A stretch of DNA of 63,092 nucleotides, the filler included, from Atractiella rhizophila (taxonomy: Eukaryota), in assembly GCA_021432655.1 (NCBI GenBank). It is 6 parts of 6 records of this genome, joined end to end, with 100 filler letters (N's around TTAATTAATTAA, not from the genome) between each part and the next. Parts side by side here need not be neighbours in the genome. Positions count along the whole stretch, not along the records: positions 52,829 to 58,836 come from MU272008.1; positions 58,937 to 63,092 come from MU272009.1; 4 more parts are not named here. One strand, 5' to 3'. The translations under genes were made by a program, and so were the position numbers. The notes beneath the pieces were generated by a model. That model did not search any database. It had not been told where the DNA came from and was given only the letters and a program-made list of their open reading frames with translations. Below, one piece after another: positions 53,665 to 63,092 of the stretch (position 1 is the stretch's first letter; every line of letters begins with the position of its first letter).

Positions 53665-54147
53665 CTACGTAAAATGCTGCTCATTGATGTCTTCAACGGG
53701 TTCCTCTTGTTCCGGAGGATGTCTGTAACGTGAGAAGACGGTCATGAAATTGACTCTTCTACTGGTGGGTCATTGGCTTGAAAAGGGAGGTGCTGATGAA
53801 GAGCCAGAACATACTCTGTGTACATGTAGCGAATCATAGAGCTAAATGTGTGGTAGCTTGTGTCGTTCACCTCTACCACAGTTGGTTCGATGATGGTTCC
53901 CGTTCCTTCAGTAAAATCCGTTTGAAACACTAGTCTTGACTTCAGTTATGTCCCTCACTGCAATTGAAGGGGACACAGTACTGGTCACGAAATAATTGGA
54001 TCGCTTTTGAAGGAAAGCTTTTGTAGCGTAAATTTTGCCTTGAGGTCGCTCGATATCTTTCGGAAAAGTGAAGACAACATCAGAGTGTTCAGGATTATTG
54101 TAAAACACCTCTTTGTGGTGCTTGAGAAGTTGATTATTGATGTCCAT
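53665..54147 (-). CDS. Small BTB/POZ-domain protein (3 exons)
   Basis: YNNPEHSDVVFTF..IYATKAFLQKRSNYF/MFQTDFTE..VEVNDTSYHTFSSMIRYMYT; two canonical introns. Confidence 0.78.
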
Positions 54148-54478
54148 GAGGTCGATTCCTGGCTGCGATCACACCAGGGATTAGCTGAACCTGGATGCTT
54201 TGTTGCTGACCGTAGGTACCATTTGAGCTTGCTGTGTTTTCGACGCGCAATGGCAGGTGAAACTGGGAGATGACAACAATGGTATTTCAAGACAAATAGT
54301 CGCTAGTTTGCTATTTACTTGTTGGACAAATCTATAGACACGCATCAGCAGTAGCCACACAGGTATAGGAGGTACGCTACGACTAATCTCAACATTCGCT
54401 CCTCCTGAGTTAGGTTTTGTTGGAGGTATCCAGTGTGGTACGATCACCGCACACGGGTGTACGTACGAACGGTCAATG

Positions 54479-54577
54479 ACCTGCTCTCCCTAGGTGCTTA
54501 CCACCAGGGATGAGCAGGTAGGAGTCTCGGATAATAGTCATGCGAGGTGCTTACCACCAGGGATGAGCAGATCCACA
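54479..54577 (+). repeat. Hairpin plus 26-bp direct repeat; probable 3' end of an LTR relic
   Basis: aggtgcttaccaccagggatgagcag at 54492-54517 and 54545-54570; ends ATCCACA. Confidence 0.6.
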
Positions 54578-55149
54578 GGTTTGTCTACCATGTCACTCAG
54601 CATGCAACTCCACGCCAGGGTTCCCAGCGAGCAACGGTAAATAGGGAAGGTGACAGTGCAAAGAAAAAGTTTCTTCGAGAGTGACACAAGGAATCGGACT
54701 TAAAATTGACTCCTCATTTGTTTGTTAACAGTTTGGAGGCATATTTGCAAGAAAGTTTGGCGTGTTGGTGCAACGGTAGATAGTGCGAGTTGATCACAGC
54801 AGTAGAGTAAAATCGACTTCCAACTTCTTCACTTAGAAGGACTGAAAGCGACATTGTTTTCCTTTCAAGCTACAGGGGTTAAAGAACGTTGAACAATATA
54901 TCATGTCCCTTCAATGGCTAATAGAAGGCCAGAATGGCTTTACTTTCTTTTGTAGATATGTAGAATTCTTTCCCTGGGCCTAGTTTATGGCATAGAGGGT
55001 CCTGATCTGAATGTGACACCAACAAGGTTGAACGATGGCGTGATCCTTTTCCTTACCTCTAAAAGCCATCCGTTCTTGGCATGAGTCATAAAACGCACTT
55101 TTGAGCCTTTATTCCTCCCTCACCAGGCCCATTGAGACGAAATGAATTA

Positions 55150-58100
55150 TGTTGAAGCTTGGTTGTTTTTCTCTCTTCGTTTTTTGGTTTCCCGTTCATC
55201 TTACGCATTCCGCGTCTGACTGTTCCGTCCGCTACTGTAGTTTAGTCTTGTTCGCATTACCTGAGGTTCATCTTTTCCTCTTCCTGTCTTTCTGATGAAC
55301 CTCAGGTAAGCATCCTATCACACGCTCACATGCAATACTGATCTTTTCCTCTTCCTGTCTTTCTGATGAACCTCAGGTTCAACAGGTTATGAGCCCAAAT
55401 GATCCCTACCGAATAAGCGTCCGCCTTCTCCCCCAAGCCTTCCTCCCCTTCCATCAATAGTCGTAAACACTCTCAAACAAACGCGACACATGTTAATCAA
55501 CAAACCAACTCAACTCGGACGCCTTTGAGCGAGATTTCATGTCTCGATCACCAAGATCAGACGAACCATCTCTACCCCAGGATCCATCAGATCATGGCAT
55601 CGCAACTCCTGAACCATCCACAGCACCTCCACTCAATCGGAGCCCACCTCCATAACCAGCAGACATCCCGTTCAATATGATGGATGCCCTACCTACTCCT
55701 CCAGCAAACTCTTTCTCAACTCGCCGAATCCCCACCGTGCTAGAAGGTCCCAACTATCGAGCATGGAGGGAAGACGCATATGAAACGTTGCGTAGCCAAC
55801 AACTTTGGCTAGTCACATCCGGAGAGGAGAAGGAACCTCTCGAATCTCGTTACAGTGCCGCTTTGTATATCTTCGACCAACATTCCATTGCGTGGAAGAA
55901 CAAAAACCTCCAAGCCTCCGCGCTCCTCTACGAATCCCTCTCTGATGGAATCAAAGCAAGGATCAAGGCGAACGACCTTAAGGAGAAAGCGAAAGAAGCG
56001 TGGGACTGGCTGAAAAAGGAGTACGACGCTGCCAACCACCTTTATGCTGTCACTGCTTGGAGTGCATTTGCACGAACTCATTTCAATGGAAGTACTCCCC
56101 AACACTGGACTGAACACATGGCGGTCTTGGAGAAGAATCTTACTGATTTCGTCAAATACGTTGGGGACGATAACTTCACGACCGCAACCTGGAAGTCACT
56201 CATCTTCTCGGCCCACCTCCAAGCCACCCTGCCAGACTCCCTCCGCGACAAAATGAAGCCGTACTTCTCAGCTTTACAGGCAACAAAATCTGCCCAGGCC
56301 ACCCTTATCGATTTCACTCCCGAGTGGATCTCCAACACTATCAACACGATAATGTTGGAGGAGGGCCTCAGTGAGGTGCAGAAGGCGCAGGAACAAGCGC
56401 TGATTACTAGGTCGGTAACGCCAGCAAGAGGGAGTGGAAAAAGTGGGAGTACGGGAGATCGAGACAAGTCGAGGAGGAGTGGGACGAATCGCCCTTCTTC
56501 CACCATCAACCGTTTCCCCCCGTGTCCTCACTGCAGTCTTCGCTCTCACACCTCTGATCGCTGTTGGGAACTTGAAGGAAATCGAACTCTTGCTCCTCCT
56601 GGATATCGATTCAAAGACGGAGCTGTCAATCCAAGGAGAAAGGATAGCGCCAAAGAACTGACATCACCGTCCATTGATACCTCTTCCATTCTTGACCAAG
56701 TCAACCTGGTCCTCAATACATCTGACTTCAGCTCCGACTTCGCTTCCAATGTGCAATCGTCCTCTCATTTTGCAATTCAAGACCAAGTCCGGCTCGTTGA
56801 AGAAGTCGAAGCCAGCAAGGCAAATCTCTCTTTCGACAAGACCGCTATTGCCATCATCGACTCTGGATGTACCTCTCATGTCTTCCCTCTCGAGTACATT
56901 TCCAACCGTCAAGACCATAACGGATCCATTGAAGTTGCGGATGGAAGACAAATCTCAATTGCAACGAAAGGGTCCGCAGTCTACGTCACCTCCAACGAAA
57001 ACGGGACGCCCCTCTCTGACATACCCCTGCACAATGTCCTCCACCTACCCTCCCTCACGAGTCCCCTAATCAGCGTTTCGAAACTTATCAGCCTCTCCTT
57101 ACCGGCACACGAGCGCCTCAAGTTAGTCTTCGAGAATGGAAACTGCTCTATCTTTAATCAGAAAGGGCGGCTAGTAGGGATAGCAGAGGAGAAAGGGGGT
57201 TTATTCCTACTAAAGGGAGAAGCAAGAAAGGCGAGTGCTCACATCGATACCGTTTCGAAGGCCGCCGATCTAAAGACTTGGCACAACAGGTTGGCGCATG
57301 TCGGGATCAAGAAGATCAAAGATCTTATTTCGAAGTCGCTAGTGGGTGGTTTGGAGGTGAAAGAAACGAAAGAGAAGGAACTTGAGGTCGTCTGTGAGCC
57401 GTGTGTTATGGGAAAAATGCATCGGGGATCGTTTCCATCAAAACAAAGCGCTGAGCTGCCGCCCACACTGCCAGGCGAGTCTGTAGTATCTGATCTCACT
57501 GGCCCTGTGCAAGTTTCTTCCTTGGGTGGTGCCTGGTACTCCATCGTGCACGTTGATGTCGGTTCAAGAGTTGTTCATCAGCAATTCATCCCTGACAAGT
57601 CAAAAGCCACAGTCCTGCCCTCCTTCGAACAGATCTATCCTTCAGGCCAAAACACAAAGAAACGTGAAGAGATGGAAAGTAGATGGCAGAGGAGAGTTCG
57701 TAAATCACTTGTTAAGGTCATGGTTCGAGTCGAATAATGTCGAATGGAAAGCAACAACACCTTACTGTCATCAAGAGAACGGAATCGCTGAACGCATCCA
57801 CCGCACCCTTCGTAACCTCGCCAAATCGATGCTTTATCACGCAAAGCTCCCTCTAACGTTCTGGGCTGAGGCTCTCTACTTTGCCGGACATGTGTACAAT
57901 CGCACACCTCACACTTCACTAAAAGGTAGAGTACCTCTGACGACTCTCGAAGGACTCCAACCCTCAGTAGGCTATCTGCGAACATTTGGATGCACGGCAT
58001 GGGCATTGATTCCTGAGGAACGCAAAAAAAAGTGGGAGGACAAAGCAGTACGCTGTATTTATCTGGGACCCGACTGTCAGGCTTGCCCCTACGCATTACC

Positions 58101-58836
58101 GAACCATTCGGAGTCACGTGACCTACTTTAGTACATGGTAGGATCAAGTGCCTACCCGTCGCCGCTTTGCGCACGTTCGCGCTGACCGCCGCCTTCTCCT
58201 ATCTCACTCGAATCGCCGCTCAGCAAACCTTATACATTTCGCCGGTCTGCACCGTCGCCATTATTGCCTTGTTATCTTTTTCTCACTTGTACTGCTCAGT
58301 ATATCTTATTTCCGAGTATTCCCTTTATTGCTTTCCTGATCTAGCTATCTTACTTGTTTCAAGAAATATATGTTACAGTTTATAGCAGTGCCTTTGCATA
58401 TGTATATATACATTGAGATGTAGTGGTGGTGACCTCAGAGTATTCTCTTAGGTTTACCTCCACTACGTGTTAGTCTTCTCATGCTATACTATCCGCTTAG
58501 GTTTACCTCCACTACAGACGCATCGCCTATCGGCGACCGCACATAGTGTCAGCCCTGACACCGACGTAATGTTCAAATCGCATCGTTGTTGGGATCCCGT
58601 CAAGCGACATCTCATTCGTGCTCGCCATGTTATCTTTGCCGAAAATTATTTTGAAGGAAGGACTGGGTCAGACCGACTAGACGACTATACCTTCTGGTCA
58701 GAAGATAACATCGACGAGTTTCCTCAAAACGCACCTCTGGACACTGGCCTTCCCGACTCACGAATACTTGTCGGCTTACTACGACCTTACCTCCCTCAAC
58801 CTCGATAACAAAGCTACCTCAATCCTCGTCCCCACG
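55150..58836 (+). mobile_element. Ty1/copia LTR retrotransposon, 5' part (LTR, PBS, gag-PR-IN)
   Basis: LTR 55150-55384 (TGTTGAA..TTCAACA), PBS GGTTATGAGCCC, CCHC knuckle CPHCSLRSHTSDRC, protease IIDSGCTSH, WHNRLAH..CEPC, integrase SDLTGP..ENGIAER. Frameshift at ~57640. Confidence 0.95.
58075..58560 (+). mobile_element. Solo LTR (486 bp) nested in the copia integrase
   Basis: TGTCAGG...CCTGACA ends with a perfect 5-bp TSD CCGAC (58070-58074 and 58561-58565). Confidence 0.92.
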
Positions 58837-58936
58837 NNNNNNNNNNNNNNNNNNNNNNNNNNNNNNNNNNNNNNNNNNNNTTAATTAATTAANNNNNNNN
58901 NNNNNNNNNNNNNNNNNNNNNNNNNNNNNNNNNNNN

Positions 58937-60214
58937 CACCTGGACAGAAGACTGGACTGATCTTGCCCATCTCAACAACATCCCTGAGCCAATAAAAGCG
59001 AAGGTCCAGGTGTTTCATTCGACCATGGTGCTCAGGGTTCTTGGATACCTGGAGAGCACTGCTGCTGTCTGTGAAGAGGGGAGTAGGACCTTGAGGAGCG
59101 AAGCCAATCTCTTCTAAAAGATTCCTTAGCCAGACAACTTCTTGACCTGCTGAGACTCCTGAGACATATTCTGCTTCGGTAGTAGAAAGGGCAATGACGG
59201 TTTGCAGTTTGCTGCTCCAACTGACTGCCCCGTTGCCTATCTTGAGGAGATAGCCTCCCGTAGAACGTCCAGTATCCTGCACCCAGCAAAATCTGCATCG
59301 CAGAAGGCGTGAAAAGGTTGCATGAGGTCAAAACCAGCTGCAGAATATTCAATTCCTAAGTTCTGAGTGCCTTTGAGGTATCGTAGAAGATGCTTGGCCG
59401 CTTCCCAGTGCTTCTTTCCTGGGTTAGAGAGGTACTTTCCAAGGACAGAGACTGCATGAGCGATATCTGGACGCGTGGAGATGGCCAAGTACATCATGGA
59501 GCCAACAACGTTGCTGTAAGGGATTGTGCGCATTTCTTCTTGTTCTTCCTTTGTCTGAGGGCAGTCCTGCTTGCTGAGACCGTGTCCAACGTTGAGAGGA
59601 GTGAGGACAGGGTTGCAGTCATCCATCTGTTGGTGTTCTAGGAGGTCCTTAACATACTGTTCTTGATCCAACCACATCATTCTTCGCTTTCTATCCCTCC
59701 TAATACGAACCCCAAGTAGGAATTCCGTTGGTCCAAGGTCTCTGAGTTTGAACCGCTTCCCTAACTCCCTCTTGAAGTCCTCTACAGCACCCTTTGACGT
59801 GCTAGCAATCGTAATATCATCCACAAAGACCGGGACAAGTACTTTGATGTCCCCCTTTGAGTAAATCCACAGACTCGAGTCGCTCTTGATCTTCTTAAAT
59901 CCCATATCAACAAGTTCCTTATAGAGTTTCTTCTGCCATTGACACCCTCCTTGCCTTGTGCCATAGATGGCCTTGATTAACTTGAGAACATACTCTGGAG
60001 GACCCTGTGGATGACCTTCTGGTTGTTGTGCATAGACCTCTGCATCCATATCGCCGTTAAGGAATGCCGTAGAGATATCCACTGACTCCAACTCCATGTC
60101 CAAGACACAAGCGAGCGAAAGAATCGTCCTAAGTGTCGCCCATTTGACCGTAGATGCGAAAGTGTCAAAGTAGTCGAATCCAGGGCGTTGAGAGAACCCC
60201 TTGATGACGAATCT
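58937..60214 (-). mobile_element. Ty1/copia RT-RNase H fragment
   Basis: RFVIKGFSQRPG.D, VDISTAFLNG, KAIYGTRQ, VFVDDI, TRPDI, CDADFAG, LSTTEAEY. Frameshift at ~59280. Confidence 0.95.
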
Positions 60215-61253
60215 GAGTGACTCGGTCTCCGCTACCTTATACCGATATACGGACAGTGTCTCGTACGGTACTCACGTCGTTGTCCTCATCATAACTCGCG
60301 AAGTTCCGANNNNNNNNNNNNNNNNNNNNNNNNNNNNNNNNNNNNNNNNNNNNNNNNNNNNNNNNNNNNNNNNNNNNNNNNNNNNNNNNNNNNNNNNNNN
60401 NNNNNNNNNNNNNNNNNNNNNNNNNNNNNNNNNNNNNNNNNNNNNNNNNNNNNNNNNNNNNNNNNNNNNNNNNNNNNNNNNNNNNNNNNNNNNNNNNNNN
60501 NNNNNNNNNNNNNNNNNNNNNNNNNNNNNNNNNNNNNNNNNNNNNNNNNNNNNNNNNNNNNNNNNNNNNNNNNNNNNNNNNNNNNNNNNNNNNNNNNNNN
60601 NNNNNNNNNNNNNNNNNNNNNNNNNNNNNNNNNNNNNNNNNNNNNNNNNNNNNNNNNNNNNNNNNNNNNNNNNNNNNNNNNNNNNNNNNNNNNNNNNNNN
60701 NNNNNNNNNNNNNNNNNNNNNNNNNNNNNNNNNNNNNNNNNNNNNNNNNNNNNNNNNNNNNNNNNNNNNNNNNNNNNNNNNNNNNNNNNNNNNNNNNNNN
60801 NNNNNNNNNNNNNNNNNNNNNNNNNNNNNNNNNNNNNNNNNNNNNNNNNNNNNNNNNNNNNNNNNNNNNNNNNNNNNNNNNNNNNNNNNNNNNNNNNNNN
60901 NNNNNNNNNNNNNNNNNNNNNNNNNNNNNNNNNNNNNNNNNNNNNNNNNNNNNNNNNNNNNNNNNNNNNNNNNNNNNNNNNNNNNNNNNNNNNNNNNNNN
61001 NNNNNNNNNNNNNNNNNNNNNNNNNNNNNNNNNNNNNNNNNNNNNNNNNNNNNNNNNNNNNNNNNNNNNNNNNNNNNNNNNNNNNNNNNNNNNNNNNNNN
61101 NNNNNNNNNNNNNNNNNNNNNNNNNNNNNNNNNNNNNNNNNNNNTCTTGAGATGGTTGGAGTAAGTCCAGTGAGTTTCGTGTGGGGAATAGCATGGTTGA
61201 TTGAAGCTGAGGGAGATCTGTTGCGAATGTGGACGACCGCTGAGGCGATAGAT

Positions 61254-61597
61254 TGTTGAACCTTGGGTATAAAGGGTTAATCTGCACTGTTGGGAATGAC
61301 TGGTCATTTTAGTGCAATTGGCTAAATCCAGCATGGTAGCGAGAGCTGACCCTGCATACCCGGGTTCGAACCCCTGTCTGAGCACTTTAGCCATATTGTG
61401 AGAGTGGGGAAAACCACTATAAAAACTGTTGAGTGGGTGCTCTTCCCCACTATAAATGATGGAAGGAAATGGTTGTGGCAGAGAAAGTGGTTGAAGACAG
61501 TACAGATTAGGGAAGGGTGTTGAACCTTGGGTATAAAGGGTTAATCTGCACTGTTGGGAATGACTGGTCATTTTAGTGCAATTGGCTAAATCCAGCA
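61254..61597 (+). mobile_element. TRIM-like miniature LTR retroelement (344 bp)
   Basis: Identical 80-bp TG..CA repeats (61254-61333 and 61518-61597), PBS TGGTAGCGAGAGC right after LTR1, purine tract AGGGAAGGG right before LTR2. No matching TSD. Confidence 0.8.
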
Positions 61598-62243
61598 AAG
61601 GTGTCGAAGAAGTCGAAGCCAGGACGCTGGGAGAAGCCCTTGATGACGAATCTAGCCTTATAACGCTCAATTGAGCCATCAGACTTCTTCTTGATAGCAA
61701 ACACCCATCTGGATCCAATGACCTTTGCTCCCTTTGGTGGCTTTACCAGCACCCAACTCTTGTTGTCCAAGTGCGCTTGAACCTCCCTCACTGTCGCCTC
61801 ATGCCTGTGTTTTGCCTCTGGAGTCTTCATGGCTTCTGCATATGTCTTGGGGATGTGTTCCTGCACTCCTACAGCCATGGCATGCTCAGTAACCTCCATA
61901 AAACCGCACTCCAACGCTTCAGGTTCCGTAATAATCCAACAATCCTTAGCCAACATTGCCAACTCGTCCTCAGAGCTCTCCTCCTGTGGTTGGGGCAGCT
62001 TGGGTGCCTTCCAGAACTCGACTGGTGGTCTCCTCTGCCGTTCAGGATAGCGTCTTTCGATTGGTGGAGGAGCTGCAGGGGCAGGAATAGCGAGAGGAGG
62101 CGTCATTTGGAGAGGATCAGGCGATTCTGTCTGTCTTCCCACCATCATTAGTCCAGTCCAAGGGTCTCTCCGAGGAACAAGACGTAGTGGGGGTGTTACT
62201 GGCCGCTCTGGAGCTGCCTGTGGCCTGTCTTGAGAGAAATAGA
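61598..62243 (-). mobile_element. Ty1/copia IN-RT linker and RT N-terminal fragment
   Basis: IPKTYAEAM, NKSWVLV, IGSRWVFAIK, RYKARFVIKGFSQRPG. Cut on both sides by other LTR elements. Confidence 0.92.
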
Positions 62244-63092
62244 TGCTGGATGGAGCTAGGGGACAGGAGTTGGTGGTCAAAGATGATAGGATTGATGAGG
62301 AAACACATACCTAGGGGACAGGAGTTGGTGGTCAAAGATGATGACCACCAATACTGCCCCCTAGGGAGAAAAACTACGAAGTGAGTAAACACAGCAAAGG
62401 TGGCTGACCACACAAAGACAACACCATGAAATTTAGCAGTTAATCCAACACTCCCACCTGGGCAGCCGCCTCTTGAAGCTCCCACCAAATCCAATAATCG
62501 TCCAAGAGAGCTCCCACCGAATGTAAACAGCGTTGAATAGTATGACACAAAGAAGACATGTTAATTGATTGTCTAAAACAACTAGAGAGATCCTCGTACC
62601 GCTTAGAGCGGCGTCTTATAACCCCCAGAAGGAGGACAGAGTTTTATTGCGCCCCATAACTGCCTCATACACTTGGGTAGGGGCGCAGACCCATCATTTC
62701 ACAGGATTTGGAGACTCCAGCAACTGGTAAAGCCTTGGTGAGGAGGTCTGCAGGCATAGACTCGCCAGGACAGAAGACTGGGGCGATGAGTCCAGACTCT
62801 ACTGTGTCCCTGAGCCAGTAGAAGCGAAGATCCAAGTGCTTCATGCGCCCGTGGTGCTCCGGATTCTTGCTGACTTGCAAGGCGCTGTTGCTGTCCGTAT
62901 AAAGCGTTGTTGGTCCCTTTGGAGTGAAGCCAATCTCTTGGAGAAGATTCCTGAGCCAAACCACCTCTTGTCCTACTGATACCCCTGAGATATACTCTGC
63001 CTCCGTGGTTGATAGTGCCACAAGAGACTGCAACTTGCTGCTCCAGCTGACTGCTCCTCCTCCAATAGTTAAGAGGTATCCTCCAGTAGACC
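62244..63092 (-). mobile_element. Ty1/copia 3' end: RNase H, PPT and 207-bp 3' LTR
   Basis: LSTTEAEY..KHLDLRFYWLR..ADLLTKAL (stop at 62665), AGGTGGGAG tract, LTR TGTTGGA..TCCAGCA at 62450-62244. Confidence 0.92.

Noticed and set aside
54492..54570. CRISPR-like repeat-spacer-repeat
   Set aside because: Only two repeats, eukaryotic context, no cas genes. Better explained as an LTR internal duplication.
61334..61385. tRNA gene (TGGTAGC...GGTTCGAACCC)
   Set aside because: No acceptor stem or anticodon arm could be folded; its position is that of a PBS.
60201..61718. Long ORFs of 332-493 aa in the ORF track
   Set aside because: Artefacts of reading through the N gap at 60310-61144.

Overview
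Intron-rich fungal genomic DNA (short 40-60 nt GT-AG introns; gene content points to a basidiomycete). It is not one locus. Six contigs are joined by artificial 100-bp linkers (N44-TTAATTAATTAA-N44). Contig 1: CDC14 phosphatase and the 3' part of midasin (MDN1). Contig 2: two tandem copies of an orphan gene flanking a divergent homeodomain-like ORF, DBP3 with a 471-bp internal duplication, an O-fucosyltransferase-family gene, a small secreted Cys-rich protein and a probable Rrn5. Contig 3: an A1 peptidase with HTG in place of DTG, a patatin-NB-ARC-TPR NLR that appears to splice in frame into an abutting F-box ORF, PET127 and COG7. Contig 4: a SNF2 fragment, a stop-riddled segment, a truncated MRPL4, a GPI-type wall protein, an Rpr2/Snm1-like gene and a Zn2Cys6-like gene. 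Contigs 5-6: a nest of Ty1/copia fragments, solo LTRs and a 344-bp TRIM-like element. Best leads: (1) a putative ~1,870-aa pseudo-patatin/NB-ARC/TPR/F-box NLR fusion; (2) a hairpin plus repeat-bounded intron module in the 3' part of four unrelated LTR-like sequences. All gene models and family calls were made by eye, without searches.
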